A DNA stretch of 64,000 bases from SAR202 cluster bacterium (GTDB lineage: Bacteria; Chloroflexota; Dehalococcoidia; Lucifugimonadales; VGZR01), in contig VGZR01000001.1 in the NCBI GenBank assembly GCA_016872515.1, positions 167,322 through 231,321 on the forward strand, in the 5' to 3' direction. The position numbers and the translations under genes were made by a program. Below are positions 10,850-21,820 of the stretch, piece by piece. Each line of letters begins with the position of its first letter. Within the stretch, counting starts at the first letter, position 1. The notes under the pieces were generated by a model that saw only the letters and a program-made list of their open reading frames with translations, was not told the DNA's origin and made no database searches.

Positions 10850-12226
10850 ATGCAAGAACACATAGACCTAGACCAGAAACAAGTGAATGAGACCCTGCTC
10901 AAGGACGTCGTCGGGACGCCCAGATGGTGGTTGCCTGCCGTGGGTTTCCTCGGTATGGTCTTCCTGGCCGGCGTCGGCGCCTTCGGCTACTTGTTGAACA
11001 AAGGCGTCGGCGTCTGGGGCCAGAACCGGCCCGTTTTCTGGGCCTTCGACATGACCAACTTCGTCTTCTGGATCGGCATCAGCCACGCGGGCATCATGAT
11101 TTCCGCCATCCTCCGCCTCACACAGGCCGAATGGCGCAGGCCTGTCACCCGCGCCGCCGAGGTCCTGACCGTCTTCTCCCTCACGGCCGCTTTGATGGCC
11201 GCGCCCCTCACCCACACCGGCAGGCCCTGGCGCTCTTGGCTCTGGATATTCCCCTACGACTTTGAGCGCGGCGTCTGGCCCAACGTCCGCTCCGCTTTCG
11301 TCTGGGATCCCTCCGCTGTCATGACCTACCTCACGGCCAGCACCCTCTTCGTCATCATCGCCCTCCTGCCCGACCTGGCCGTCATCCGCGACCGCACCAC
11401 CGGCATGCGCCAGAAGATATACGGCTTCCTATGCCTCGGCTGGCGTGGCACACCCCGGCAGTGGAAGCTCCAGGCCGTCGCGGGCATCCTCCTATCCGCC
11501 CTCGTCCTGCCCGTCTTCGTCTCCGTCCACAGCATTGTGTCCTGGGACTTCGCCGTCCAGATCGGCGTCGAAGGCTGGCACTCCACCATCTTCGCCCCCT
11601 ACTTCATCATCGGCGCGATCCACTCCGGCGTCTCCGCCGTCGCCACTGTCATGGTCCTCATGGTCTGGCTCTTCAAGTGGGACAAAGTTCTCCGTCCAGA
11701 CCACTTCGACGCCATCGGCCGCCTCCTCATCATCGTCGCTACCGTATGGTTCTTTGCCTTCTTCTTGGAGTGGGTCTTCGCCCTCTACACCTTGGAGAAG
11801 CCCGAACTCGTCCTCCGTGAGCTCCAGGTCTTCAAGATGCCGTATATGCCGTTGTTCCTCACCTTCCTGGTGACCGCCTTCTTCTTCCCTGTCCCCTTGT
11901 GGCTGTTCAAGAACGTCCGGCGCAGCCTCTTCTGGATGTTCGTCACCACCATCTCCGTGAACATCGGCATGTGGCTCGAACGCTTCCTCATCATCGTCCC
12001 GGGCATCATCCGCAGGCAGCCCACTGAGTTCAACTGGGGCAGCTACCACCCCAGCATCATCGAGATCCTCATCCTCACGGCCACCTTCGCCTGGGTGGCC
12101 ATGGGCATGCTCGTCTTCGCCAAGGTATTCCCGTTGGTGCCCCTCTTTGATATCAAGGAGGGCATGGTCGGCAGGCACGTGATTAAGATCGGGCGTAAGA
12201 TCGTCCCGGCCTCGATTCGAGAGTGA
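10850..12226 (+). CDS. actF: second NrfD-like membrane subunit (ActF-like)
   Basis: 458 aa multi-TM paralogue of the preceding gene (shared RDRTTG, WF..FF patterns). Confidence 0.7.
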   Translation: MQEHIDLDQKQVNETLLKDVVGTPRWWLPAVGFLGMVFLAGVGAFGYLLNKGVGVWGQNRPVFWAFDMTNFVFWIGISHAGIMISAILRLTQAEWRRPVTRAAEVLTVFSLTAALMAAPLTHTGRPWRSWLWIFPYDFERGVWPNVRSAFVWDPSAVMTYLTASTLFVIIALLPDLAVIRDRTTGMRQKIYGFLCLGWRGTPRQWKLQAVAGILLSALVLPVFVSVHSIVSWDFAVQIGVEGWHSTIFAPYFIIGAIHSGVSAVATVMVLMVWLFKWDKVLRPDHFDAIGRLLIIVATVWFFAFFLEWVFALYTLEKPELVLRELQVFKMPYMPLFLTFLVTAFFFPVPLWLFKNVRRSLFWMFVTTISVNIGMWLERFLIIVPGIIRRQPTEFNWGSYHPSIIEILILTATFAWVAMGMLVFAKVFPLVPLFDIKEGMVGRHVIKIGRKIVPASIRE

Positions 12227-12236
12227 GGGAACTCCC

Positions 12237-12776
12237 ATGATGCCTAAGATGCAGTTCAAACGAAGTGTCATAGGGCTTTTCCAGCCCGGCAGCGAGGACA
12301 CCGTTGCCGACTCCATGGACGCCCTGAAAGCCGGCGGCTACACCGAGCACGAATACGAGCTGCTCACCGGCACCCCGTATCCTGAAGGTACCTTCGGCGA
12401 GGCCGAGCCCAAGCACTCCCTCTTCCGCTACCCCCTCATCGGAGCCGCCTGCGGCTTCATCATCGGCCTCATCCTCACCTCCGGCACCCAGCTCGCCTAC
12501 CCCCTCATCACCGGCGGCAAGCCTGTCCTTTCCATCCCGCCCATGGCCATCATCATGTATGAGGGCACGATGCTCGGCGCCATCCTCTTCACCGTACTCG
12601 GCATCATCATCGAGTCGCGCCTTCCGCGCCTCTTCATGGGTGCCTACGACACCCGCATCACCGAGGGCTGGATAGGCGTCACCGTCACCACCACCGAAGA
12701 CCGCATCGGCAAGGCCGAGGAGATCCTCCGCAAGTCCGGCGCCCGCGAGGTCAAGCGCGGCTGGGAGAAGAGCTAG
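12237..12776 (+). CDS. actD: ACIII subunit ActD (DUF3341-like membrane protein)
   Basis: 179 aa. A soluble N-terminal region is followed by two TM helices (LIGAACGFIIGLIL, GTMLGAILFTVLGIII). Assigned by position in the cluster. Confidence 0.7.
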   Translation: MMPKMQFKRSVIGLFQPGSEDTVADSMDALKAGGYTEHEYELLTGTPYPEGTFGEAEPKHSLFRYPLIGAACGFIIGLILTSGTQLAYPLITGGKPVLSIPPMAIIMYEGTMLGAILFTVLGIIIESRLPRLFMGAYDTRITEGWIGVTVTTTEDRIGKAEEILRKSGAREVKRGWEKS

Positions 12777-12780
12777 GCCC

Positions 12781-13434
12781 ATGAAGCCCCTCGCGGCTCT
12801 GCAACCACTCAAACGGTTCGCCGTCGTCCTCGCGGCCCTGTCGCTGTTGGCGGCCGTTTCCTGCTGGAACAACAACACTGGCGAGACCCACATCGGCGGC
12901 CTGGTCGAGTTCACGCTGCCCGCCTTCCCCGAGACCGGCGCCCACGCCGTTCTCCTCTTCACCGAGATGCACTACCAGCCTTCCTACCGCGTCCAGGAGA
13001 TGCCGCGCCTCCAGCCGCCCCAGGGATCCGTCCCCGTCACCGGCAAGTCCATCGCCTACCCCAAGGACGAGTACGCCATCCTGACGGCCCCCGACTCCGT
13101 CCGCGCCGCCTACTCCGAAACCAAGGCCGCCGAGCTCTACCGCGTCAACTGCGCCGTTTGCCACGGCGAGAGCATGACCGGCGACGGCCTCATCCTGAGC
13201 TTCCTCAAGACCGGCGCCAAGCCTCCCAACCTCATTGACGGCGCGGTCAAGACCGGCTCCGAAGGTGACGTCTTCGGTTGGGTCTCGTTCGGCGGCCAAG
13301 CTGGCTTTGCCCTCGCCATGGCGGGCCGCGAAACGTCTGCCGTCATGCCCCAGTTCTACCAACTCCTGACCGAACAAGAGCGCTGGCACCTCGTTCTCTA
13401 CCTCAAACAGCGCTCCGGCTCCTCCAGCCAGTAA
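12781..13434 (+). CDS. actE: ACIII subunit ActE, monohaem cytochrome c (possible lipoprotein)
   Basis: Signal peptide ending LLAAVSC and a single CAVCH haem motif. Confidence 0.7.
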   Translation: MKPLAALQPLKRFAVVLAALSLLAAVSCWNNNTGETHIGGLVEFTLPAFPETGAHAVLLFTEMHYQPSYRVQEMPRLQPPQGSVPVTGKSIAYPKDEYAILTAPDSVRAAYSETKAAELYRVNCAVCHGESMTGDGLILSFLKTGAKPPNLIDGAVKTGSEGDVFGWVSFGGQAGFALAMAGRETSAVMPQFYQLLTEQERWHLVLYLKQRSGSSSQ

Positions 13435-13494
13435 CGCCTACCCCTCCCCACCTACAAGAGGTTCTCCAAAAGCTGACAGCAGCGAGCCGACGCG

Positions 13495-13523
13495 TTGACG
13501 GTCTTCGCGTAGCTGAGTACCAT
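13495..13523 (+). promoter_or_regulatory. promoter candidate for the LLM/HpcH pair
   Basis: TTGACG, 17 nt spacer, TACCAT. Located about 48 nt upstream of ATG 13571. Confidence 0.35.
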
Positions 13524-13570
13524 ACGCCCGGAATCCTGCGAGAGCGCGTAACGAAACGAGGGGGAACTAT

Positions 13571-14680
13571 ATGAAGCTCGGTCTCTTCCTTATGCCCCTG
13601 CACTATCCCCGGCGGCCGCATCATGAGACGTATCAGGAAGACCTGGAACTCGTCGCCTACGCCGATAAGCTCGGTTTCGCCGAAACCTGGGTAGGGGAGC
13701 ACTTCACCCTTCCCTGGGAGAACATGCCCTCCCCCGAGATGTTCATCGCCCGCTGCCTCGGCGTCACGGGCCAGATGTACTTCGGCACAGGCGTCTCCCT
13801 CCTCCACTACCACGACCCCGTCCATGTTGCCCACCGCATCGCCCAGCTCGACCACCTCTCCAAGGGACGCATCTACTTCGGCGTCGGCTCCGCGGCCGGC
13901 CCAACCGACCTCGAGATGTTCCACCTCGACACCTCCAAGGGCACGACCCGCGAGCGCATGGAGGAGTCCCTCGAAATCATCCTCAAGGTCTGGAAAGGCC
14001 AGCCCTTCGACTATCAGGGCAAGTTCTTCCACACCACCCTTCCCAAGCCCCGCCCCGAAGCCAGGCTCGGCTTCCACATGTACCCGTATCAAAAACCCCA
14101 CCCGCCCATCGCCCTCGCTGGCAGCAGCCCCCGCTCCAGCACCCTCAACCTCGTCGGCGAGCGGGGATGGATACCCCTCAGCACCTGCTTCCTCTACGAC
14201 AGCTACCTTCCCTCTCACTGGGATGTCGTCGAGGAGGGCGCCAAGCGCGTTGCCAGGAAGATGGACAGGAGCATCTGGCGCATCTCCCGCGAGATGCACG
14301 TCGCCAAGACCACCAAGCAAGCCCGCGAAGAGGTCCTGAACGGCCCCATCGCCAAGTTCTTCGTGGACTACTGGATACCCCTTCTTGCTAACCTCCCCGG
14401 GGGCATATCCGCCCTCAAGCACGAGCCGAGCGTCCCAGACTCAGCCGTCACTCCCGAGTACATGCTCGAACACTTCTGGATCGTCGGCGACCCCGACTAC
14501 GTCACCCGCCGCGTCATTGACCTCCACAAGAAGGTCGGCGGCTTCGGCACCCTCCTCCCGCTGGCCCACGACTGGGAGAAGGAAAGGAAGAAGTGGCTCG
14601 ATTCGCTGCAGTTGATGGCCAAAGAGGTTCTCCCCGCCGTCAACAAAGCCCTTCCGGCCAAGGTGCAGGAGATGCCATGA
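13571..14680 (+). CDS. LLM-class (luciferase-like) flavin-dependent oxidoreductase
   Basis: MKLGLFLMPLH...FAETWVGEHFT...GRIYFGVGS. 369 aa. Confidence 0.8.
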   Translation: MKLGLFLMPLHYPRRPHHETYQEDLELVAYADKLGFAETWVGEHFTLPWENMPSPEMFIARCLGVTGQMYFGTGVSLLHYHDPVHVAHRIAQLDHLSKGRIYFGVGSAAGPTDLEMFHLDTSKGTTRERMEESLEIILKVWKGQPFDYQGKFFHTTLPKPRPEARLGFHMYPYQKPHPPIALAGSSPRSSTLNLVGERGWIPLSTCFLYDSYLPSHWDVVEEGAKRVARKMDRSIWRISREMHVAKTTKQAREEVLNGPIAKFFVDYWIPLLANLPGGISALKHEPSVPDSAVTPEYMLEHFWIVGDPDYVTRRVIDLHKKVGGFGTLLPLAHDWEKERKKWLDSLQLMAKEVLPAVNKALPAKVQEMP

Positions 14681-15474
14681 CACAGCCACGCCATTCGAGG
14701 GCCTCGCTCCGCGCCCGCCTCGACAAGGGAGGCGTCCTCCTCGGCCTCATGGTCGAGCAGTTCGCCAACCCCATCACCGTCAAGCTCGCCGCCCACGCCG
14801 GCTTCGACTTCGTCTTCATCGAGTATGAGCACACCTTCTTCGACCCCCGCGACATGGCCAACGCCATCCTCGCAGCCCGCGACATCGGCATCCCTGTCAT
14901 CGTCAAGACACCCCAGCTCGAACGCCAGGAGGTCTCCAAGCTCTTGGAGGCCGGCGTCAACGCCATCCAACTCCCGCGCACCGAGACGAAGGAGGAGGTC
15001 GCCGAGCTCGTGAGCTATATGCGCTATCCTCCCGTCGGCACCCGCGCCGTCGCCCCTGGCTGGGGCAGCAGCGACCACGGCCCCGTCCCAGACTGGCGTG
15101 CCTGGATGGACGAGCAGGACCGCGAGACCCTCCTCGTTGCCCATATCGAGACCGCCAAGGGCATCGAGAACGCCGCCGGCATCGTCGCGGCCCCTGGCGT
15201 CGGCATGGTCTTCGTCGGCATGGCCGACCTCTCCGCCGACCTCGGCCACGCTGGCGACTACGACCACCCCGTCGTCCGTGGCGCCGCCGAAAAGGTTCTC
15301 AAGCTCTGCCTCCGCCACAAAGTCCCCTTCGGCACGCTTCCCACCACCCCCAAAGTGGGACTGGAGTGGGCAAAGAAAGGCGCCCGCTTCTTCCTCGCCG
15401 ACAGCGAGATTGGCCTCATGCGCAGCGCAGCAAAGCAACTCATGGCCACCTATCGGCCTCAATCCGCCCGCTAA
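14677..15474 (+). CDS. HpcH/HpaI-family aldolase
   Basis: Internal ATG 14677 overlaps the LLM stop (ATGA). Reads GFDFVFIEYEHTFF...VIVKTPQ...AIQLPRTETKEEV. Confidence 0.8.
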   Translation: MTQPRHSRASLRARLDKGGVLLGLMVEQFANPITVKLAAHAGFDFVFIEYEHTFFDPRDMANAILAARDIGIPVIVKTPQLERQEVSKLLEAGVNAIQLPRTETKEEVAELVSYMRYPPVGTRAVAPGWGSSDHGPVPDWRAWMDEQDRETLLVAHIETAKGIENAAGIVAAPGVGMVFVGMADLSADLGHAGDYDHPVVRGAAEKVLKLCLRHKVPFGTLPTTPKVGLEWAKKGARFFLADSEIGLMRSAAKQLMATYRPQSAR

Positions 15475-15508
15475 CGCCTCACGCTCTCAGCTGCCCTCTC
15501 CAGGAGAT

Positions 15509-15564
15509 GCTTCTTCTTGACGGAAGAAGTCTCTACTGCCCTTCCCAGGACCCTGTGAGAAGAC
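15509..15564. repeat. family-F repeat copy (GAAGAAGTC hairpin plus CCCTT..GAAGAC tail)
   Basis: CTTCTTC-TTGACG-GAAGAAG hairpin followed by TCTCTACTGCCCTTCCCAGGACCCTGTGAGAAGAC. It resembles 44740-44794 and 48480-48535. Confidence 0.45.
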
Positions 15565-15600
15565 AATGGGGGCGGGCCTGAAAAAGGCCCGCCCCCATTG
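15564..15600. terminator. GC-rich hairpin between the convergent HpcH aldolase and dtxR-like genes
   Basis: CAATGGGGGCGGGCC-TGAAAAA-GGCCCGCCCCCATTG (15 bp stem). There is no clear U-tract on either strand. Confidence 0.45.
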
Positions 15601-15692
15601 TCGTACTATGAAGTCTTTCTGGATAGGTATGGAGAACATCTTTCTGCCCAGAAAGATGTTCTCATGGGACGGGTGGTTGGGGGCGTGGGGCG

Positions 15693-16421
15693 TTAGCGCG
15701 CAGGGGTCACCCACAGCCGCTGCGCCACCTCGTAGCCCACCACCACCAGGTTCCCGTCGCAGTCCAGCGTGATGACGCCCCGGTACGGCGCCGCCTCCTT
15801 CACCACCGCTCTGCGTCCCGGCACCACCCCATTCGACACCAGGTAGTGCAGCAACGTCTGGTCATCCTCTGGTACCCGCTCTACCGCCACCGTGTCCCCC
15901 GGCTTCGCCTTGTCCAGCGGCACCGACCCCTTCGGCGAAACATACCCGTTCCCTGGGATTGGAGACCCGAACGGGCACGTTGCCGGGCGTCCTAGCCGCT
16001 CCTGTATCTTCGTCTCGAGCTCCGGCGAGATCGCATGCTCCAGCCGGTGCGCCTCGACATGCGCCTTGTGCAGGTCGAGCCCCAGCAGATCCACCACCAG
16101 CCGCTCCGCCAGCCTGTGCCGCCGCACGATGCTCTCCGCTGACTGCCGCCCCTTCGGCGTCAGCAGCAGGTCCTTGTTCTCCGCCGTCTCCATCAGCCCC
16201 TCGCGGACCATCCGCCGCACCATTCCCCCCACCGACGGCAGCGACGTTCCAAGGCCCTCGCCCGCCGGAAGCCGCCGCAACTGCTCAGCCAGCGTCGTCA
16301 GCGTCACACGCCGCCCGTACTCTTGGAGCTGGAACATGGAGAGCAGGTAATTCTCCGTCCCCTGTGACAAACGGTGAACGCCTGTGCGCGGCCTCTTTGA
16401 CTTGTTGCGTGGCTGTGTCAT
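15693..16421 (-). CDS. DtxR/MntR-family metal-dependent transcriptional regulator with FeoA-like C-terminal domain
   Basis: [11 protein letters not shown]...[37 protein letters not shown]. Confidence 0.85.
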   Translation of the reverse strand: MTQPRNKSKRPRTGVHRLSQGTENYLLSMFQLQEYGRRVTLTTLAEQLRRLPAGEGLGTSLPSVGGMVRRMVREGLMETAENKDLLLTPKGRQSAESIVRRHRLAERLVVDLLGLDLHKAHVEAHRLEHAISPELETKIQERLGRPATCPFGSPIPGNGYVSPKGSVPLDKAKPGDTVAVERVPEDDQTLLHYLVSNGVVPGRRAVVKEAAPYRGVITLDCDGNLVVVGYEVAQRLWVTPAR

Positions 16422-16485
16422 GGTAGTCTTGGTGCGTTCGAGGGTAGCACGCCGCCTTCTGCCCGGTCAACGCGCGAGCGACTTC

Positions 16486-16542
16486 ACTCCTCTCCCCTTG
16501 CGGAAGAGGCCCTCGATGAAATCAGGGGCAGGGGGTAGTCCC
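16486..16542. repeat. mosaic repeat, A'-D unit
   Basis: CCTCTCCCCTTGCGGAAGAGG plus CCCTCGATGAAATCAGGGGCAGGGGGTAG. Compare 34306-34358. Confidence 0.7.
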
Positions 16543-16560
16543 AGAACCCTCGTGAAGCTG

Positions 16561-16589
16561 TTGACATACTACTCAACCCCAGGTAAACT
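16561..16589 (+). promoter_or_regulatory. promoter candidate of the ribosomal super-operon
   Basis: TTGACA, 17 nt spacer, TAAACT. Located about 80 nt upstream of the rpsL ATG. Confidence 0.55.
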
Positions 16590-16668
16590 CTTCCTTCGTG
16601 CTGGCCCTCGCGGGAGGGCTGTGCCGCCTCATGACTCAGTCGTAGCGCGCCGGGAAAACGAGGAGAGC

Positions 16669-17145
16669 ATGCCTACCGCCAATCAATTGGTCCGTAGGGG
16701 CCGTGGCTTCAAACGGGGCAAAGACAAGTCCCCGGCGCTGCGCGTCACGTTCAATTCCCTGAAGAACCGCAGTCGCCGCTTCCAGGGCTCGCCCCAGCGC
16801 CGCGGCGTTTGTATCCAGGTCAGGACCCAGACCCCGAAAAAGCCCAACTCGGCGCTCCGCAAGGTCGCCAGGGTGCGCCTCACCAACGGCATGGAGGTCA
16901 CCGCCTACATCCCAGGCGAAGGCCACAACCTTCAGGAGCACTCCGTGGTGCTAATCCGCGGCGGCCGCGTCCCCGACCTCCCCGGCGTCCGCTACCACAT
17001 CATCCGAGGCACCCTCGACACCGCCGGTGTCAACGGCCGCAAACAAGGCCGTTCCAAGTATGGTGCCAAAAAGGGCGCGGCCGGCGCAGCCCCGGCCGCG
17101 GCAGCAGCAGCCGCACCGGCAGCACAACCACAGGCCAAGCCCTAG
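16669..17145 (+). CDS. rpsL: 30S ribosomal protein S12
   Basis: [12 protein letters not shown]...[18 protein letters not shown]...[16 protein letters not shown] 16669 lies within ORF 16384-17145 and is preceded by GAGGAGAG. Confidence 0.95.
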   Translation: MPTANQLVRRGRGFKRGKDKSPALRVTFNSLKNRSRRFQGSPQRRGVCIQVRTQTPKKPNSALRKVARVRLTNGMEVTAYIPGEGHNLQEHSVVLIRGGRVPDLPGVRYHIIRGTLDTAGVNGRKQGRSKYGAKKGAAGAAPAAAAAAAPAAQPQAKP

Positions 17146-17191
17146 AACGTCCTCAGACGTGTAGCAACGACTTTCTGACCAAGGAGTACCC

Positions 17192-17662
17192 ATGTCCCGC
17201 CGCAGACGAGCGGAAATACGAGCGATACTTCCCGACCCACGCTACAACAGCTTGGAGTTGGCGAGGTTCATCAACCGCGTCATGGTCAGCGGCAAGAAGA
17301 CCACTGCACAGGGCATCGTCTATGGCGCCCTCCAGCAGGCCGAGGCTCAGGCGCGCCGCCCCGGCCTCGAAGTATTTGAACAGGCTATGCGCAACGTCAT
17401 GCCCCAGCTCGAGGTTCGCTCCCGCCGCGTCGGTGGCGCCACCTACCAGGTCCCCAGCGAGGTCCGGCCTTCCCGCCGCAACGCCCTCGCCATGCGCTGG
17501 ATCATCCTCGCTGCCCGTGCCCGCTCCGGCAAACCCATGGCCGACCGCCTCGCCGCCGAGATCCTGGAGGCCTCCAGGGGACAGGGCACAGCTGTCAAGA
17601 GAAAGGAGGACCTGCACCGGATGGCGGAGGCCAACCGCGCCTTTGTGCACTACCGATGGTAA
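17192..17662 (+). CDS. rpsG: 30S ribosomal protein S7
   Basis: [20 protein letters not shown]...; follows rpsL. Confidence 0.95.
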   Translation: MSRRRRAEIRAILPDPRYNSLELARFINRVMVSGKKTTAQGIVYGALQQAEAQARRPGLEVFEQAMRNVMPQLEVRSRRVGGATYQVPSEVRPSRRNALAMRWIILAARARSGKPMADRLAAEILEASRGQGTAVKRKEDLHRMAEANRAFVHYRW

Positions 17663-17694
17663 CCGCCACGCAACGTCCGGGTTCGCAGTCCGCT

Positions 17695-19752
17695 ATGTCC
17701 GATAAGTCCGTCTTGGAAAAGATTCGCAATATCGGCTACATCGCCCACATAGACGCCGGTAAGACGACCGTCACCGAGCGCACCCTCTTTTTCGCCGGCC
17801 GCATCTACAAGATCGGCAACGTGGACGAAGGCACGACCGTTACCGACTATATGGCCCAGGAGCGCGAGCGCGGCATCACCATCAAGGCCGCCGCCACCGC
17901 CGCCGAATGGCGCGGCTATACCATCAACATCATAGACACCCCGGGCCACGTGGACTTCACCGCCGAGGTCGAGCGCAGCCTGCGCGTTCTCGACGGCGGC
18001 GTCGTCGTCTTCGACGCCGAAGCGGGCGTCCAGCCCCAGTCCGAGACCGTCTGGCGCCAGGCCGACCGCTACAACGTCCCGCGCATCTGCTTCGTCAACA
18101 AGATGGACCGCATCGGCGCCAGCCTCCAGCGCACCCTAGACAGCATCGTCCACCGCCTCGGCGCCAACCCCGTCGCCATCCAGATACCCGTCGGACAGGA
18201 AGACAAGTTCCGCGGCATCATTGACCTCATCGATGAGAAAGCCTACATCTACCCCACCAGCACCGCCGAGTCTCCGGTCGAAGGCCCCGTCCCCCCGGAG
18301 TTTCAGGAAGAGTTCAAAAAGTACCGCGCCAAGATGGTGGAGAAGATAGCCGAGACCGACGACCTCCTCATGGTCAAGTACCTGGAAGAGAAAGAGATTG
18401 CCAAAGAAGAGCTCCGCGCCGCCCTGCGCAAGGCCACCATCGGGTACCGCCTCGTCCCCGTCGTCTGCGGCTCGGCCCTGCGCCACCGCGGCGTCCAGCC
18501 CCTCCTTGACGCCATCGTCCACTATCTGCCCTCACCCTTGGACAAGCCGCCCATCAAAGCTAAGGCCCCCGGCACCGGCGCCGAAGTCATCCGCACCGCC
18601 GACGTCGCCTCGCCCTTCGCGGCCCTCGTCTTCAAGGTCATCGGCGACCCCTACATCGGGCGCCTTGCGTTCTTCCGCGTCTACTCCGGAACCGTCAAGA
18701 CCGGCGCAATGGTGCTCAACGCGACAACCGGCAAACGCGAGCGCTTGGGCCGTATCGTCAAGATGCATGCCCAGCACCGCGAAGAGGTCGCCCAGGTCGA
18801 GGCGGGCGACATCGCCGCCGCCGTTGGCCTCAAGAACGCCACCACAGGCGACACCATCTGCGACGAGAACGACCCCGTCGTCCTCGAGTCCATCAAGTTT
18901 CCCGAGCCGGTCGTCTCCCTCGCCGTAGAACCCAAGTCCCGCGCCGACCAGGACAAGCTGGCCGACTCCCTCAACAAGCTCTCCGATGAAGACCCCACCC
19001 TCAAGGTCGCCTTCGACTCCGAGGTCGGCCAGACCATCATCTCCGGCATGGGTGAGCTTCACCTTGAAATCATCATTGACCGCATGAAGCGCGAGCACAA
19101 GGTTGAGGCCAACGTCGGCAGACCCAAGGTCGCCTACCGCGAGGCCATCCGCGCGCCCGCCAAGGGCGAGGGCCGGTTGGTCCGCCAGACCGGCGGCCAC
19201 GGCCAGTATGGTCACGCCGTCATCGAGATCGAGCCGCTGCCTCGCGGCGAAGGTTTCGTCTTCGAGGACAAGGTCAAGGGCGGCGCGATCCCGCGCCAGT
19301 TCATCAACCCCGTCAAGGAAGGCGTCAAGGAGGCCCTTGCCACCGGCCCCGTCGGCGGCTACCCAGTCATGGACGTCAAAGTGACCCTCGTTGACGGTAG
19401 CTACCACGATGTGGACTCCTCGGAGATGGCCTTCAAGGTCGCGGGCTCCATGGCGATGAAAGATGCGATGGCCAGAGCCAAGGGCGTCCTCCTTGAGCCC
19501 ATCATGCAGCTCGAGCTGATCACCCCTGGCGAGTTCCTAGGCGACGTCCTCGGCGACCTCGGTCGCCGCCGCGCCCAGATAAAGAACATCGAAGGCCAGG
19601 GCGAAACCCAGGTCGTCCGCGCCATGGTCCCCCTTGGCGAGAGCTTCGGCTACGCCGGCACCATCCGCTCCCTCAGCCAAGGCCGCGCTGCCTACTCCAT
19701 GGAGTTTGCCCAGTTCGAGGAGGCCCCGGCCTCCGTCCTGGCTCAACGATAG
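17695..19752 (+). CDS. fusA: elongation factor G
   Basis: [17 protein letters not shown] and NKMD G-motifs. ATG 17695 was preferred over the upstream in-frame codon at 17656. Confidence 0.95.
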   Translation: MSDKSVLEKIRNIGYIAHIDAGKTTVTERTLFFAGRIYKIGNVDEGTTVTDYMAQERERGITIKAAATAAEWRGYTINIIDTPGHVDFTAEVERSLRVLDGGVVVFDAEAGVQPQSETVWRQADRYNVPRICFVNKMDRIGASLQRTLDSIVHRLGANPVAIQIPVGQEDKFRGIIDLIDEKAYIYPTSTAESPVEGPVPPEFQEEFKKYRAKMVEKIAETDDLLMVKYLEEKEIAKEELRAALRKATIGYRLVPVVCGSALRHRGVQPLLDAIVHYLPSPLDKPPIKAKAPGTGAEVIRTADVASPFAALVFKVIGDPYIGRLAFFRVYSGTVKTGAMVLNATTGKRERLGRIVKMHAQHREEVAQVEAGDIAAAVGLKNATTGDTICDENDPVVLESIKFPEPVVSLAVEPKSRADQDKLADSLNKLSDEDPTLKVAFDSEVGQTIISGMGELHLEIIIDRMKREHKVEANVGRPKVAYREAIRAPAKGEGRLVRQTGGHGQYGHAVIEIEPLPRGEGFVFEDKVKGGAIPRQFINPVKEGVKEALATGPVGGYPVMDVKVTLVDGSYHDVDSSEMAFKVAGSMAMKDAMARAKGVLLEPIMQLELITPGEFLGDVLGDLGRRRAQIKNIEGQGETQVVRAMVPLGESFGYAGTIRSLSQGRAAYSMEFAQFEEAPASVLAQR

Positions 19753-19761
19753 GACGCATGC

Positions 19762-20085
19762 ATGACCACCAAACAGCAACAGCACCAGAAGATTCGCATC
19801 ATCCTCAAGGCCTTCGACCACAGGCTCCTCGACCAGTCCGCCGTCCAGATCGTCGAGGCCGCCGAGCGCACGGGCGCCCAGGTCGCCGGCCCCGTCCCGC
19901 TGCCGACCACCATGAAGCGCTTCTGTGTGCTGCGGTCCCCCCACATAGACAAGGACTCCCGCGAGCACTTCGAGCTGCGCACCCATAACCGCCTCATAGA
20001 CATCCTGGAGCCCACCTCTAAGACCATCGACTCCCTCACCCGGCTCAACGTTCCCGCCGGCGTGGACATCTCCATCAAGCTGTGA
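19762..20085 (+). CDS. rpsJ: 30S ribosomal protein S10
   Basis: [18 protein letters not shown]. It starts 9 nt after the fusA stop. Confidence 0.95.
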   Translation: MTTKQQQHQKIRIILKAFDHRLLDQSAVQIVEAAERTGAQVAGPVPLPTTMKRFCVLRSPHIDKDSREHFELRTHNRLIDILEPTSKTIDSLTRLNVPAGVDISIKL

Positions 20086-20102
20086 ACGGCTGAGACATAG
20101 CT

Positions 20103-20795
20103 ATGGCTGACGAAAAGAAGACCGAAACAGAAAAAAACGAAGCTAAGTCCATCGCCCTCAAAGGCATCCTGGGCAAGAAGCTTGGCACCACCGAGATCGT
20201 CCGCGAGAACGGCGAGGTCGTCGGCGTCACTGCCGTCCAGGCCGGGCCGTGCACCGTCACCCAGATCAAGACCAAGGAGAGGGACGGCTATGTCGCCGTC
20301 CAGCTCGGCTTCGGCGAGACCAAGCGTCTCAATGACGCCGAGAAGGGCCACTTCAAGCCAGTCGGCGGCAAGCAGTTCCGCCACCTGAGAGAGTTCCGCA
20401 TGGATGACTCCTCATCCCTCGCCGTCGGCCAGCAGGTCGGCGCCGACCTCTTCAAACCCGGAGACATCGTGGACGCCGTCGGTCTCACCAAGGGCCGCGG
20501 CTTCGCAGGCGTCGTCAAGCGCCACGGCTTCAAGGGCGGCCCCAAGACCCACGGCCAGTCCGACCGCCAGCGCGCCCCCGGTGCCATCGGCGCTGGCACC
20601 AACATCGGCCACGTCATCAAGGGCCTACGCATGGCCGGACACATGGGCAACTCCACCGCCACTGTCCGCAACCTCATGGTGGTCGCCACGGACCCGGCCC
20701 GCAACCTCGTCATGATCAATGGCTCCGTACCCGGCTCCCCCAACGGGATGGTCGTCTTGAAAAAGGCCCATCCAAAAGTAAGGAAAAGCAAGTGA
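20103..20795 (+). CDS. rplC: 50S ribosomal protein L3
   Basis: [24 protein letters not shown]. About 20 aa Lys/Glu-rich N-terminal extension. Confidence 0.95.
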   Translation: MADEKKTETEKNEAKSIALKGILGKKLGTTEIVRENGEVVGVTAVQAGPCTVTQIKTKERDGYVAVQLGFGETKRLNDAEKGHFKPVGGKQFRHLREFRMDDSSSLAVGQQVGADLFKPGDIVDAVGLTKGRGFAGVVKRHGFKGGPKTHGQSDRQRAPGAIGAGTNIGHVIKGLRMAGHMGNSTATVRNLMVVATDPARNLVMINGSVPGSPNGMVVLKKAHPKVRKSK

Positions 20796-21469
20796 AGCTC
20801 AAGATACAGAACCTTCAGGGCAAGGTGGTTGACAGCCTCGACGTCCGGGACGACGTCTTCGGCCTGCCGCCCAACTCCGCCCTCGTCCACCAGGTCGTCG
20901 TCGCCCATTTGGCGAACGGCCGCCAGGGTACCTCCGACACCAAGAAACGCGACGAGGTCTCGGGCGGTGGCATCAAGCCGCGCCCCCAGAAGCACAGCGG
21001 CCGCTCCCGTCAGGGCTCGACCCGCGCCCCACAATGGCGCCACGGCGGCATCGTCTTCGGCCCACACCCGCGCGACTACCGCCAGGACACCCCCAAGCGC
21101 ATGCGCCGCCAGGCGCTCGCCACCTCCCTCTCTGAGAAGGCCCGCGCCGACGCCCTCGTGGTCGTTGACAGCCTGGCCCTCGAAGCCACCAAGACCAAGG
21201 AGATGGCCAAGGCGCTTAGCGCCCTCAAGGCCAGCGCCTCCGTGCTCATCGTCGCCGACGGTGCAGGCTCCGCCGTGCTCCGCACCGTCCGCAACATCCC
21301 CAGCGTGGACACCCTCCCGGCCTACCAACTCAACGCCTACGACGTCATGCGCCACAAGAAGCTCGTCATGACCGTGGACGCCGTCCGCAAGGCCGAAGCC
21401 CTGCTGAGCGCGCCGCCCAATCGCGGTAAGACCCAGACAGCCGCTGCCCCAGAGGCCAAACAAGCATGA
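20792..21469 (+). CDS. rplD: 50S ribosomal protein L4
   Basis: GGGIKPRPQKHSGRSRQGSTRAPQWRHGG. 4-nt overlap with rplC. Confidence 0.95.
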   Translation: MKLKIQNLQGKVVDSLDVRDDVFGLPPNSALVHQVVVAHLANGRQGTSDTKKRDEVSGGGIKPRPQKHSGRSRQGSTRAPQWRHGGIVFGPHPRDYRQDTPKRMRRQALATSLSEKARADALVVVDSLALEATKTKEMAKALSALKASASVLIVADGAGSAVLRTVRNIPSVDTLPAYQLNAYDVMRHKKLVMTVDAVRKAEALLSAPPNRGKTQTAAAPEAKQA

Positions 21470-21750
21470 CCACCACAGTCGTCTTGAAAAGACCCATCGT
21501 GACCGAGAAGAGCACCCGCCTCATGGAACAGGGCCGCTACGTCTTCGAGATAGCCGCAACAGCCACCAAGCTCCAGGTCAAAGAGGCCGTGGAGAGCGCC
21601 TTCGAGGTTAAGGTCGTCGCCGTCAACACACAGCACGTGCGCGGCAAGCGCCGCAGGCTCGGCCCCCGCTTCACCGAGAAACCCTCATGGAAAAAGGCCG
21701 TCGTGACCCTCGCCCCAGGGAACAAGATCACCCTGTTCGAGGGAGTCTAA
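21466..21750 (+). CDS. rplW: 50S ribosomal protein L23
   Basis: LKRPIVTEKSTRLME. 4-nt overlap with rplD. Confidence 0.95.
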   Translation: MTTTVVLKRPIVTEKSTRLMEQGRYVFEIAATATKLQVKEAVESAFEVKVVAVNTQHVRGKRRRLGPRFTEKPSWKKAVVTLAPGNKITLFEGV

Positions 21751-21820
21751 GAAAACCGCATAAGACCACGTAGAGGCGCACGGCGTGCGCCCTAGTGTGA
21801 TGAGAAAGCAGATTACATAG

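Noticed and set aside
15632-15663. AT-rich perfect hairpin GAGAACATCTTTCT-GCCC-AGAAAGATGTTCTC, 30 nt downstream of the dtxR-like gene, as its terminator.
   Set aside because: No U-tract follows on the minus strand. It may still be a structural element, but a terminator call is not supported.
19753-19761. Absence of tuf between fusA and rpsJ (9 nt spacer), considered as a possible deletion.
   Set aside because: Many bacteria keep tuf elsewhere. No scar, repeat or frame anomaly is present at the junction.
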